DNA of 64,000 bases from the IMG/VR virus record IMGVR_UViG_3300025407_001359. The stretch is one strand, 5' to 3'. Under the pieces are notes generated by a model. That model saw only the letters and a program-made list of their open reading frames with translations, did not search any database and was not told the DNA's origin. The position numbers and the translations under genes are program-made. Source of the stretch: a virus. This document shows, in pieces, positions 45,264 to 56,080 of the stretch. The stretch's first letter is position 1. Every line of letters starts with the position of its first letter.

Positions 45264-45633
45264 TATGGGCCGCAAAGTTTTTAATCTTGAGCGTGATATC
45301 CGTAGTACCGATTGGATCATATCCAAAGTACGACACAAAGAAATCTACGCCCAAAATTTGTACGCAGCCTTGTGCAACAATTCCTACATACCCCAAGACG
45401 TTTGGGGAATTCTAACCAACATTACCTGGGACTGTAATTGGCGTTACGCAGCCGATTTGGTAGCCGATCTCAGACAAGACGACAGTTATATTGACTGGTA
45501 CTGCTCAGGTACCGGATTCATTGGCACTGATTTCAGTGGATTTGTTGAAGAAAGTTTTGTCACTGACGAAATAGAATCGGATATCAAAAGCATCGGCTGG
45601 TTGCTAAAAACTCGCAGATTTGTCGAAATCTAA
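45264..45633 (+). CDS. Conserved hypothetical protein (paralogue of 43388-43801)
   Basis: YAQNLYAALCN...NWRYAADLVAD...YIDWYCSG; start MGRKV. Confidence 0.65.
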
Positions 45634-45668
45634 TAGACCAAAAATACTCAATATGTTATAATTACACT

Positions 45669-46502
45669 ATGAAAATAAATGTAATATCTGACCTCCACCT
45701 AGAATTCAGCGACCTTACACTACCCGGCGGTGATGTGTTGATCCTCAGCGGCGACGTTATGGAAGCTCGAAAATTCAAACGCAATCAGTACGATCCAATG
45801 AACGTACTGTTACCACACGAAGATGCTCACAAGCGTCCAGACCGACACTATCGTTTTATTATCGAAGAGTGCTCGGCCAAATACCGTGAAGTTATTTACG
45901 TTATGGGCAATCACGAGCACTACGGTTTCCAGTTTCAAAAGACCTGGGCACATATCAATAGTCAATTGCCTGACAACGTACACCTGTTGGAACGTGAAAC
46001 CTTGACCATTGATGATGTGACTTTCGTTGGGTGTACTCTATGGACAGATATGAACCGAGAAGATCAACTTACTATGTATCATATGCGGTCAATGATGAAC
46101 GATTACAAACAGATTACCATGTTCAACGAAGCCAAAAACATTTATCACAGACTTACTCCCGAGCGTACTGTGGAAGAGTTTTATAAGAGCCGCGACTATA
46201 TCAAGTTGGTTGTAGAAGGCAAACCGGATCAGAAGTTTGTGGTGGTAACACATCATTCGCCTTGCAAGGCCAGTACCCATCCGCGTTACATTCACGATAC
46301 CTTGATGAATGGTGCTTACAGCAGTGACTTGTCGGAATTTATTCTAGACCATCCGCAGATTCGGGTGTGGACTCACGGCCATACACACGATCCGTTTGAC
46401 TATCAGGTAGGTGAAACCAGAGTCATCTGCAACCCACGCGGCTACAAAGGCTACGAACAACGTGCTGAAGATTTTGATCCCACATACGGATTTGAAATTT
46501 AA
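45669..46502 (+). CDS. Calcineurin-like metallophosphoesterase
   Basis: SDLH, SGD, GNHE, THH, HGHTH, NPRGY. Confidence 0.88.
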   Translation: MKINVISDLHLEFSDLTLPGGDVLILSGDVMEARKFKRNQYDPMNVLLPHEDAHKRPDRHYRFIIEECSAKYREVIYVMGNHEHYGFQFQKTWAHINSQLPDNVHLLERETLTIDDVTFVGCTLWTDMNREDQLTMYHMRSMMNDYKQITMFNEAKNIYHRLTPERTVEEFYKSRDYIKLVVEGKPDQKFVVVTHHSPCKASTHPRYIHDTLMNGAYSSDLSEFILDHPQIRVWTHGHTHDPFDYQVGETRVICNPRGYKGYEQRAEDFDPTYGFEI

Positions 46503-46623
46503 TTTTACCAAAAGACTAGACAAATCCTTTCTATGCGTATATAATTGATACTAATAGAGCATAAGTAAAAGTATATGATTGCTCTAATATAGTAGTCTAA
46601 CTAAATGCTCTAAAGGATAAGCG

Positions 46624-46980
46624 ATGGCTGGTGTTTTTCAATGTTTGAACTGTGGTAGAGATAACCCTGTGCGTGGTGCAAATTATTCCAACAAATATTG
46701 TAATAATTTTTGTCAACAACAGCACAGGAAAACTCTCTTAGCGGAAAAGCGTATTGCGGAATGGCGGTCAGGTTGCGGACTATATGTTTGGAAAGAAGTT
46801 CCAGACTATATCCAAGACTTCTTGATCCAAGAGCGTGGACACCGGTGCGAAACCTGTGGTATTACAGAATGGCAAGGCCAACCTGCTCCACTTACTGTAA
46901 CGCAACGAGACAGTGACACTTATAACAATCAAGAATCAAACTTAGAAGTGACGTGCTATAACTGCAAGTCGCAAAAATAA
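46624..46980 (+). CDS. Zn-finger/HNH-like protein lacking the catalytic His
   Basis: CLNC..KYCNNFC; CETC...LTVTQRDSDTYNN..SNLEVTCYNC. Confidence 0.6.
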   Translation: MAGVFQCLNCGRDNPVRGANYSNKYCNNFCQQQHRKTLLAEKRIAEWRSGCGLYVWKEVPDYIQDFLIQERGHRCETCGITEWQGQPAPLTVTQRDSDTYNNQESNLEVTCYNCKSQK

Positions 46981-47007
46981 TTTCATTTTAACCAAGGAGA
47001 ATTTCAA

Positions 47008-47547
47008 ATGAAAACAATCGGTGATAAATTAGAACACTTTGTAGTAACAGGTGTCAAGCCAGGACAGCCAGAAGATGCTTTTTTCAACATTGATGAAACC
47101 AGCTTTGAAGGCAAATGGAAAGTGATCGTATTCTACCCTAAGGACTTTACATTTGTATGTCCTACAGAAATTGTAGCTTACGACAAACTAAATCAAGACT
47201 TTGAAGACCGTGATGCAGTATTGCTAACAGGTAGCACAGACAATGAGTTCTGCAAACTAGCCTGGCAAAATGCACACGCAGATTTGAAGAAAATTACACA
47301 CAATCAATTTGCTGATACACAGCGTGGTGAGTTGAGCTTGGCAGAACAGTTGGGTGTATTTTATGCTCCAGCTGGTGCGGCTCTACGTGCTACATTTATT
47401 GTAGACCCAAGTAACACAATCCAACACGTTACAGTAAACAACTTGGACGTGGGTCGTAGCCCAGAAGAAACTCTACGTATTTTAGATGCTCTTCAAACTG
47501 GCGAACTATGTGCTTGTAATCGTACAGTGGGTGGGGAGACACTATAA
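47008..47547 (+). CDS. ahpC: 2-Cys peroxiredoxin AhpC
   Basis: FYPKDFTFVCPTE; GELCACN. Confidence 0.95.
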   Translation: MKTIGDKLEHFVVTGVKPGQPEDAFFNIDETSFEGKWKVIVFYPKDFTFVCPTEIVAYDKLNQDFEDRDAVLLTGSTDNEFCKLAWQNAHADLKKITHNQFADTQRGELSLAEQLGVFYAPAGAALRATFIVDPSNTIQHVTVNNLDVGRSPEETLRILDALQTGELCACNRTVGGETL

Positions 47548-48053
47548 TGAGTTTCATTGAGCAAGTCAAAGGTGCCTTGCCAGACTACGCAAAGGATGCC
47601 AAGTTGAATCTTGATGCGGTACTCCTACGCAGTACATTAGACGCTGATGTGGCTATGGGCTGTGCAGTAGCCGCACTGGCCGCAACAGGCAATGGTAAAC
47701 TAGTTAGTTTAATCCTAGCAGATGCTCCAGCATTGGCAGAACCTGCAATGACAGCCGCAAGTATCATGGCACAAAACAACGTTTGGTACCCCTACGTTGA
47801 AATGGCCGATGACCCAAGCCTATCCGGCTTGCCAGCTCAATTGCGTATGAATGCTATTGCTAGTCACGGCGGAACAACTAAAAGCAACTTTGAAGCATTT
47901 AGTTTGGCTGCAAGCATTGTTGGCAAATGCCACTTTTGCGTAAAAGCACACTACGAAACACTCAAGCAAGAAGGCTACACAGTAGAAAACTTGCGCGATA
48001 TCGGTCGTATTGCCGCAGTGATGAATTCAGTAGCCAAAGTTTTGAACAGCTGA
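47547..48053 (+). CDS. ahpD: Alkyl hydroperoxide reductase AhpD
   Basis: AASIMAQNNVWY, GKCHFCVKAH CxxC. Confidence 0.92.
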   Translation: MSFIEQVKGALPDYAKDAKLNLDAVLLRSTLDADVAMGCAVAALAATGNGKLVSLILADAPALAEPAMTAASIMAQNNVWYPYVEMADDPSLSGLPAQLRMNAIASHGGTTKSNFEAFSLAASIVGKCHFCVKAHYETLKQEGYTVENLRDIGRIAAVMNSVAKVLNS

Positions 48054-48105
48054 TATTTGACATTGGTATAGAAAGTCCTTATACTAAACCGTATAAGGAT
48101 TTTTT

Positions 48106-48459
48106 ATGGCCCATTTTCCAACAGCAAAACCCACCCACAACTACGCAAACGTGACCATTCCAAATGGTGGCAACGTGTTAAGCAGTCACGCAGTCAATAC
48201 CACCTTGTCGGCTGCCTGGAGCAGTAGCATAAACAGTGGCAAGGTCAAGATATCCGATTCTGATATCGAAATTGATGGCCTAAGTCTCAAGAAGACCTTA
48301 GAGGCTGTGAGCCAACGCTTGGCCATCATGGTACCCAATCCTGAGCTGGAACGGGAATTTGAAGAACTCCGAGCCTGTGGTGATCGTTACAGAGAACTTG
48401 AACGAGAATTTGCCGAACAACTCAAAATGTGGAATACACTCAAAAGCACTGACAAATAA
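48106..48459 (+). CDS. Hypothetical protein with C-terminal coiled coil
   Basis: ORF track; promoter TTGACA-N17-TATACT upstream. Confidence 0.6.
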   Translation: MAHFPTAKPTHNYANVTIPNGGNVLSSHAVNTTLSAAWSSSINSGKVKISDSDIEIDGLSLKKTLEAVSQRLAIMVPNPELEREFEELRACGDRYRELEREFAEQLKMWNTLKSTDK

Positions 48460-48482
48460 AGGTCAATATGCTATAATAGCAT

Positions 48483-50360
48483 ATGGACTCTAAATCGAAT
48501 TGCGTAGTACTAAACACAACTAATTTAACCCCAACTCAGATCGATCGAATAATACACTGGTGCAACCGCCAGTTTGATTCGGACAAATGGAATTTTGTAA
48601 CAGACTTCCCCAGTTACTATTGGAGATTCTATTTGCCCGATGCACACGCAGAAACACTATTTAGATTGAGGTGGATGAATTGACTGTAACTATACGTGTA
48701 CCTTGGACTGATCCTTACAATCACGGTGATGCCTGGAATGAACTCCTGGCCTGGACTGTGGAAACTTATGGCTTGCCTGGCGAACGAGTAAGTTTTAGTC
48801 CCACTGAACGATGGATGGATTTTACATTCGATGATGAACAGGATGCACTTATGTTTCAGTTAAAGACTGGTGGGCATCGACGCACCAAACAAGAATATAC
48901 TGTGGAATTTGTAAACAGAATAATCAATGGGTAGAGGAACCTTGGTCAAAGAAATACGTATGGGCGATGTAGAAGACCCGTACTTGTATGCGGCCTTTCC
49001 TTTGCACGAGTGGGAACAGACCGAAGAATGCCAGTGGCTCAGAAGTCAGCTAAACGAAGGTGATGAACTGGTATTCTTTTGCGATAATGATCCTGCCAAT
49101 TGGGGTTTTGTTATTAGAATATATGCTCCACTCACAGGCAAGGCTCTTACTTACTATAATTTAAAGTATCTAGGTATTCAAGAATGATCAATTACTACTA
49201 CGAGCTGATTGACGGAGTGAAAGCGTTTGGGCACAACATCCGTTACATTGGTGACTTTGATGTCAAGCCCGAGGGTATGCACACAAAGTTTCACACTACC
49301 GCCTACAATCACAGTACACGTTGGTGGTTGGAAAATGCCAATGGTGTTACTATGCTACGACGTCGTGCAACTGATTATACCAGCTGGGAAGAAGCACGTT
49401 TTGACGAACGAGAGTTCACCTGGATCAAACTACAAACCAGAGATGTCAAAACCCTGTGAAAAATAGATTTATACCTGCCCGTAGTCCTATAGATCATGAT
49501 TACCTGCTGATCATTGAGGATTATGCTTGGTGGCACATAAACCAAACAGAGATTGATCAATGGATCGAAGCCAGCAATGGTGCTGTAACGCAAAAAGGTA
49601 TGGTTGTACATTTTGATACCGACGAAGATCGTACCATGTTTATGTTGAGGTGGGCATAATGGCTGCAGTAATGCCAAGGATGCAACCGGCTTTCAAAGTG
49701 GCCGCCAGTTCAAGACGCCGAGCCGGCAAACCTGTGATTGTGGATGAGCCGATTCCTACCAATCCTTGGGAACCGTATAGACTAAAGATATTTCCCAAGC
49801 AAATCAACGAACGTTGGTACAAGCCCGGCGACTTGGTCTATCGTAGATTTGTACACAGCCCGGGTGGCGGATATTGGCAGTATGGTGATGATTTTGACTA
49901 TTTGAAGTGGCAGCCGTGATCAACTGGAGTTACTTGATTGCTCGCTTTATATCGGCTGTGGCATCGTGGTTGGATGCCAGTAATCTACGCAATCGTGTAT
50001 ATCGTCTAGAACAGGTCAACGAACTCATGAGAATAGGACTAGAAGACATACAACGTATGGATCCAGAAGGTCGTATAGGTTGGTATGCCAAGTCGGTCTT
50101 GGACAATGTGGACAATCGAGATGAATAAATATCAAATTACTCGTATAAAAATAAATAGTAATAAAGTCTGGATTGAAATAAACGAAGGCTTTGATTCTAA
50201 TCCGTTCAAAGATCCATTAATAACGGTCCCCTCAGAAGAAGAACTAAATCAAGTGCAAGCGTGGTGTGAAGAAAACCAATGCGGTCGTCGTATGAGTTAC
50301 GATCAATTTGTTTTCAACAATGAAAAAGAACTTAGTATGTTTATGCTAAAGTGGTCATAG
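48483..50360 (+). CDS. Array of eight small overlapping ORFs, four sharing a C-terminal F-x-F...A-x-x-F-x-L-x-W motif
   Basis: 48483-48683, 48671-48934, 48927-49187, 49184-49459, 49456-49659, 49659-49919, 49916-50128, 50121-50360. Confidence 0.7.
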
Positions 50361-50370
50361 GAAGAATTCA

Positions 50371-51948
50371 ATGAAAGTTAAAAAAATTATTGTAGTAGGT
50401 GGTGGTACAGCAGGCTGGCTCAGTGCCGGTTTTATTGCTAGTCAATTGCCCGAAGTAGAAGTCACTGTGATTCACAGTAAGGATGTTCCAATTATTGGTG
50501 TTGGGGAAACTACGGTACCGCAGTTCCGCAATCACTTGGAAAAAATGGGTCTACACGAAGATCTATGGTTGCGTGAGTCAGGCAGCACATTCAAGTACGG
50601 TGTTACCTTTGACAACTGGCGTACTGGGTCAGACACACGTTGGCACGGATTTGGCGATTTTGTTACAGAAAAAGGTATCAGCCATAGTATGGACGAGTTT
50701 GGCAAACGTGTTAGCTGTGCCAAGGACGATTCAGTATTGATAGCCGACTACTGGATTGAAATGCTCAAACGTGGCATTGTTACCGAAGAGGATTACTATC
50801 AATATGCGTCAGATACGTATCATTTGGTTCAGAATCGCCGAGCACACAGAAACCTAGCGGGACACCAGTATTCGAGCCGTGTGCCGGGCTATGCTTATAA
50901 TATCAACGCATTCAAAGTGGGACAAACTATCAAGAACCACGTGGCCATCCCGGCTGGGGTAAAGACCCTGGAACGTCACATTGTTCAAGTGCTACGCAAC
51001 GAGCGTGAAGAAGTAACAGGTATTGTAGACGATGGCGGGGAAACACATACCGCAGACTTGTACATTGACTGCACCGGCTTCAAGCGACTACTGATTGGTC
51101 CTGTGGGCAAATGGATCAGTTACGAGGATCGACTGCCGTGTAAGAATGCTATTGGTGGACGTGTAAACTATCAAGGACGCGAAGCAGAATTCTGTGTACC
51201 TAACCTACACGCTACAGCATTCAACCACGGTTGGTCGTGGCGTGTTCCCTTACGTGATGACTTGGGTTCGGGCTATGTGTACGATACACGTTTCACCACA
51301 ACTGAACAGGCCATAGAAGAGTTGTCGGCATACTGGCAGAACCTCGGCTTGGAGTGGGATCATAAAGTTACTTTGACATTTGACAACGGTATCCTGGATC
51401 GTTCGGCACACCGTAACGTGATTGCCTGCGGACTCAGTTCAAACTTCCTGGAGCCCCTGGAAGCCACAAGTATTAGCTTTACTACGCTAATCAACGAATT
51501 GGTTGTGGCAGTACTTAAAAAGCACGACTGCCATTGGAATGACGGTGAGGATCGTGTGTTAAGTCGTTTAATGAGCCGTGAAGTCAAGATCACCGGTGAC
51601 TTCTTGTGGGCACACTATGCCTTGACCGAACGTTCAGATACAGAGTTCTGGCGCGAGCAAGCCGGTAAGCGTGAGGAAGCAGTTGATATGGTACACGGTT
51701 GGTTTGGTCGTCACTTTAGCGATATCTATCGTAGAGAAAAAGACTTTGACCACACACGCTACAACAAGTATGACTGGGCGCAGACCATTACCACTATGCG
51801 AATATTTGATGGTTGCCCTACTCGTGAGATCAATGAAGCCTTATTACCACGTGCTCGTCTATGGTATCAACACAGAGATGAAATGACTCGCGGTGTATTA
51901 GATCTTGTGCCAACGCACTGGGAATTGATTCAACATATCAACAGATAA
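50371..51948 (+). CDS. Flavin-dependent tryptophan halogenase family protein
   Basis: VVGGGTAGW, GVGETT, STFKYGV (catalytic Lys), DCTGF, WSWRVP, FLEPLEATS. Confidence 0.9.
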   Translation: MKVKKIIVVGGGTAGWLSAGFIASQLPEVEVTVIHSKDVPIIGVGETTVPQFRNHLEKMGLHEDLWLRESGSTFKYGVTFDNWRTGSDTRWHGFGDFVTEKGISHSMDEFGKRVSCAKDDSVLIADYWIEMLKRGIVTEEDYYQYASDTYHLVQNRRAHRNLAGHQYSSRVPGYAYNINAFKVGQTIKNHVAIPAGVKTLERHIVQVLRNEREEVTGIVDDGGETHTADLYIDCTGFKRLLIGPVGKWISYEDRLPCKNAIGGRVNYQGREAEFCVPNLHATAFNHGWSWRVPLRDDLGSGYVYDTRFTTTEQAIEELSAYWQNLGLEWDHKVTLTFDNGILDRSAHRNVIACGLSSNFLEPLEATSISFTTLINELVVAVLKKHDCHWNDGEDRVLSRLMSREVKITGDFLWAHYALTERSDTEFWREQAGKREEAVDMVHGWFGRHFSDIYRREKDFDHTRYNKYDWAQTITTMRIFDGCPTREINEALLPRARLWYQHRDEMTRGVLDLVPTHWELIQHINR

Positions 51949-52417
51949 TGTACGTAAACAATTTTTCATTGCCCAAACCGACGCCGGAAGTGCTGGATCA
52001 GTGTCATTGTGTGTACATTGGCGACCCAGCATTTCACGTTAAGAAAATGCGTGACTGGTGCTACGAACAGAATCTCAGTTTGGTTTACTGGGAGTTGATG
52101 GAAGTGGCCGATGTTAGTCCAATACTAGACAATGTTGCGGCCTTTTGGTTTGCCAGTGGTCGTGATGCTACTATGTTTAGTTTAAAATACAAATGAAACA
52201 GATAGAAACCTGGCCGCCGCCAGACTGGACCGAAGTCATAGTGCTGTGGGACGAAGTATTAGGCGGACCCAGATATCCAATTCGAGAAATACTGGAATGG
52301 ATAGATACAGCCCCGGGCGGTGAATTTCATTTGCACGGTTATCGTTCTACTGAAGGTTTTTCGTTTAGATTTCGCAATCCCAATGATGCTGTGTATTTTA
52401 AACTAAAGTGGTTATAA
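51948..52417 (+). CDS. Two more small paralogues of the F-x-F...F-x-L-K family (51948-52196, 52193-52417)
   Basis: FWFASGRDATMFSLKYK; FRFRNPNDAVYFKLKWL. Confidence 0.7.
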
Positions 52418-52418
52418 A

Positions 52419-52835
52419 ATGAACAAAGAATTAATAACAGGTATGTTGTTTATGGCTATTGCCGTGGCATTTGGCCTGGGCGGTGTACACTATAAATTTG
52501 GTACCTACGATGATCCCGGTGCTGCATTATTTCCTGTGGCTGTCAGTGTGTTTTTATTTGTGGTAGGCACAATCAAATTGATTGTTGGGTTCGTGGCCAA
52601 GAAAGAATACATTGAGTTTGAAGTTAAAAATATTGCTATTGTCTCTGCGTCACTGCTGTTGTTTGCTGTGGCTTCCGAGCGCATTGGCATACTTGCCGGT
52701 ACTGTGGCATTGGTAGCGGTGTCCAGTTTAAGTGCCAGCTCGTATTCGATCGGCCGAGTTGTTAAAATTGTTGCTGGACTGTGCGCTGTTGCACTTGCAT
52801 TTAAATACCTACTGGGATTGAACTTGCCACTATGA
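52419..52835 (+). CDS. tctB: Tripartite tricarboxylate transporter small permease TctB
   Basis: 4 TMs, GT...PGAALFP loop; precedes tctA. Confidence 0.8.
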   Translation: MNKELITGMLFMAIAVAFGLGGVHYKFGTYDDPGAALFPVAVSVFLFVVGTIKLIVGFVAKKEYIEFEVKNIAIVSASLLLFAVASERIGILAGTVALVAVSSLSASSYSIGRVVKIVAGLCAVALAFKYLLGLNLPL

Positions 52836-54334
52836 TAGAAATACTCAATCACTTGGCTGCAGGCTTTGATACTGCACTCTCTTTACAAAATTTATTGTAT
52901 TGTGCTTTGGGCTGTTTTATCGGCACCTTGATCGGCCTACTGCCGGGTCTGGGTCCTATCAGTACCATCAGCTTGCTGTTGCCACTGACCTACTCAATGC
53001 CTGTAACTGGCAGTATCATTATGCTGGCCGGTATCTATTACGGCGCACAGTACGGCGACAGCGTCAGTGCCATTACCATGAAGATACCACACCAAAGCAG
53101 TATTGTGGCCTGTATAGACGGTTATCAAATGCACTTGCAAGGTCGCACAGGCTTGGCCTTGTTCACTGCCGGTGTCAGCAGTTTTATTGGCGGAACCGTG
53201 GCTGCTGTTATTGTGGTTGGCTTTGCTCCTGTATTGGGCGAGCTGGCTTTCTTGTTTGGTCCAAACGAATATGTGATGTTGATGCTGTTGGGATTTGTAT
53301 GTGTGAGCTTGGTCACCACTGGCAGTTTACTTGGCGGCCTGGGAATGGTGGCCATTGGGGTATTGTTGGGCATGGTAGGCACCGATGTCAACTCAGGAGT
53401 TATGCGATACACCCTGGGCTTGAGTTTCTTGAGTGACGGTATTGGTATGGTATCTATTGCCATCGGCTGTTTTGGACTGGCAGAAATTGTCAATAACTTG
53501 GACAAGCGAGACGAGCGCACTCCGTTTACGGGTTCAATCAAATTGATCCCAACCTGGACCGAATTCAAGCGTATTGTTCCCAGTGCCCTGCGTGGTAGCC
53601 TGGTAGGCAGTTTCTTGGGCCTGTTGCCCGGTGGTGGTCCCACTATTGCCCAGTACGGTGCTTACGCTGTGGACAAAAGATTTAGCAAATATCGAGACGA
53701 AATAGGTTCAGGAGCAATTGAAGGTGTAGCCGGACAAGCAGCTGCTGACGAAGCTGCTGCCCGTACCAGTTTTATTCCGCTAATGAGTATGGGCATTCCA
53801 GAAAATGCTGTTATGGCCTTGATTTTGGGTGCATTGACCATGAAAGGTATAACGCCCGGACCTTCAATGATTACTTCACACTCGACCTTGTTCTGGGGCT
53901 TGATTGCATCAATGTGGATTGGCAACGTGTTCTTGTTGATCTTGAATGTGCCATTGGTCAGATACTGGCTCACAGTATTTAAAATTCCTTATGCGGTGTT
54001 GTTTCCTTGTATCTTGTTCTTTTGTTGCATCGGTACATTCAGTACCAACAACAACATAGAAGATGTGTATACCACCGTGGCATTTGGTTTGTTGGGCTAT
54101 GCATTTTTGAAGTTGGGACTGGAAGCGGCACCCTTGATGTTGGGCTTTATTCTAGGACCAATGTTGGAAGAAAATTTCCGCCGGGCAATGAGCATCAGTC
54201 GTGGTGATTTTGGCCCGTTTTGGGACAGACCCATCAGTTGTGCTATGTTAGTGGTCATTGGCCTTTGCGTAGCCTACAGTATATACGGGTATCTACGTCG
54301 GTTGACCATAAAAGATCAAAATAGTACAATATAA
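52832..54334 (+). CDS. tctA: Tripartite tricarboxylate transporter large permease TctA
   Basis: GTLIGLLPGLG, GIYYGAQYG, DGYQM, FIPLMSMGIP, LGFILGPMLEENFRRA. Confidence 0.93.
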   Translation: MIEILNHLAAGFDTALSLQNLLYCALGCFIGTLIGLLPGLGPISTISLLLPLTYSMPVTGSIIMLAGIYYGAQYGDSVSAITMKIPHQSSIVACIDGYQMHLQGRTGLALFTAGVSSFIGGTVAAVIVVGFAPVLGELAFLFGPNEYVMLMLLGFVCVSLVTTGSLLGGLGMVAIGVLLGMVGTDVNSGVMRYTLGLSFLSDGIGMVSIAIGCFGLAEIVNNLDKRDERTPFTGSIKLIPTWTEFKRIVPSALRGSLVGSFLGLLPGGGPTIAQYGAYAVDKRFSKYRDEIGSGAIEGVAGQAAADEAAARTSFIPLMSMGIPENAVMALILGALTMKGITPGPSMITSHSTLFWGLIASMWIGNVFLLILNVPLVRYWLTVFKIPYAVLFPCILFFCCIGTFSTNNNIEDVYTTVAFGLLGYAFLKLGLEAAPLMLGFILGPMLEENFRRAMSISRGDFGPFWDRPISCAMLVVIGLCVAYSIYGYLRRLTIKDQNSTI

Positions 54335-54371
54335 GTGTAGTAAAAGATTAACTCAACTTCGGAAAGTAAAA

Positions 54372-54620
54372 ATGATAAAAATCAACAAATATATCCTAAA
54401 AGCCACAATTCAAACTGTAACAACAGTCATTGGCATAATTGCCATATCAGCTGTGATTAGCCTAGGCTTAAACTACATCAACCCGACACCCACACAATTG
54501 GTTGGCGCTTTGATCACTGTGTTTTTGATCTATGCCCTGTACTCGCTGATCACTATACAGGCCAAAATCCTAGAGTCACGTGACAAAATCAATGCACGAA
54601 TCGATCGAGTAACAAAATGA
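54372..54620 (+). CDS. Two-TM membrane protein
   Basis: Hydrophobic helices; promoter TTGACC-N17-TACAAT at 54302-54330. Confidence 0.6.
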   Translation: MIKINKYILKATIQTVTTVIGIIAISAVISLGLNYINPTPTQLVGALITVFLIYALYSLITIQAKILESRDKINARIDRVTK

Positions 54621-55288
54621 AGATTTACATTTCCCGACCACGCAATCATTGGCTGAGTCCATACACTATTCTCAAAACAGTTTGCTTTTGGGAACGAGAC
54701 GACGATGTGTTTTACGATCACGAGGATACCGGCAAGGGCCGATATGTCAAGTGGGTCAAATTCTTGACCCCCATTTGTAATGCTTGGCAACGATTCTTGG
54801 ACATTGTACACCCCGACATCAATTATATCAAAATTGATCGTTATGATACTTGGTCAATGGATCATACTCTCAGCCCTATCATCTTGCCTATGTTGCGGCA
54901 GTTGCAAGAAACCAAACACGGTGCTCCATTTGTGGATGACAAGGATGTTCCCAAAGAGTTGCGTAGCACATCAGCACCGCCCAAAGAAAACGAGTGGGAC
55001 ACCGATGACAATCACTTTCGTCGTTGGGATTGGGTCTTAGACGAAATGATTTTTGCATTTGAGCACATTGTCAACACCGACTGGGAAGACGAATTCCGCA
55101 CAGGCAAAATGAGTCACCGTACTGTGGCTTGCGAGTGGGACGAGGCAGGTAAAGCCACTATGTACCGATGGGAAGAACAACCAGATCATACCTACAAGTA
55201 CGATATGGAAGGCGCTCAAAAGGTACACAAGCGCATTCAGAACGGCCTTTGTTTATTTGGTAAATACTATCAAGCACTTTGGGACTAA
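54617..55288 (+). CDS. Conserved hypothetical phage protein
   Basis: IDRYDTWSMDHTL...WDWVLDEMIFAF...GLCLFGKYY..LWD. Confidence 0.75.
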   Translation: MKIYISRPRNHWLSPYTILKTVCFWERDDDVFYDHEDTGKGRYVKWVKFLTPICNAWQRFLDIVHPDINYIKIDRYDTWSMDHTLSPIILPMLRQLQETKHGAPFVDDKDVPKELRSTSAPPKENEWDTDDNHFRRWDWVLDEMIFAFEHIVNTDWEDEFRTGKMSHRTVACEWDEAGKATMYRWEEQPDHTYKYDMEGAQKVHKRIQNGLCLFGKYYQALWD

Positions 55289-55291
55289 TCA

Positions 55292-55651
55292 ATGTTTGAA
55301 GATATCACAGTATTTTTGATATGGTTGTTGGCAACCTGGATTGTATCCAATATTATCATTGGGTTTCTTGGAATATATCAACAAACTGACAGCAAAATCA
55401 GAGATCAGCTGATCAAACACTTGGACACCATCATACATCGTGTTCGGGTTGAAAAACACAACGAAGTTTATTTTTGGTACGACAACGACGACGGCGAATT
55501 TCTTGCACAAGGTCAAACCGACGAAGAAATCATCAACAATTTAAAACAGCGTTTTCCCACCCATATTTTCTATTTGCCCACCAGCCATTTTATCAGTCAA
55601 AAAACCAATTGGCAACCACGACATCAGCACGTAGAAACTGTTGACCAATAA
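55292..55651 (+). CDS. Membrane-anchored hypothetical protein
   Basis: N-terminal TM; FLAQGQT motif. Confidence 0.6.
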   Translation: MFEDITVFLIWLLATWIVSNIIIGFLGIYQQTDSKIRDQLIKHLDTIIHRVRVEKHNEVYFWYDNDDGEFLAQGQTDEEIINNLKQRFPTHIFYLPTSHFISQKTNWQPRHQHVETVDQ

Positions 55652-55676
55652 AGATCAAAATAGTATAATACTTGTT

Positions 55677-56069
55677 ATGACAATGCACCTAGCACATCCT
55701 GCCCTTTCTACCACCGGCAAAAAGCGTGGCAAGCAAAAATATGCGTCAGCTGAGGCAAAAAGAAAAGCCGAAATCCTGCGCGAAGAGTGGGAAGCTCTCA
55801 AACGTCGTAACAATATTACCACAGAAAAGAAAACCCGAGCACGTGATATGCGTGGCAATCTAGCTGATACTTATTGCCTCACTGTGCCGCCCGGACGTGA
55901 CTTGCCACGCATCACAAGCCGCGATACCGGCTGGGTTCCTTGCACCAAAGGCACAGACAAAGTCTACACCGGCACCAAGGTCAAAGGTATTGGCACTATG
56001 CACAAGTCCAACGCTGTACCCATTTTCTCCGACGAAGAAGCAGTTGAGATAAGTACAATGCGACGTTAA
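55677..56069 (+). CDS. Conserved basic hypothetical protein of T4-like phages
   Basis: [21 protein letters not shown] motif; leaderless-type promoter. Confidence 0.7.
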   Translation: MTMHLAHPALSTTGKKRGKQKYASAEAKRKAEILREEWEALKRRNNITTEKKTRARDMRGNLADTYCLTVPPGRDLPRITSRDTGWVPCTKGTDKVYTGTKVKGIGTMHKSNAVPIFSDEEAVEISTMRR

Positions 56070-56080
56070 AAGGAGATGAC

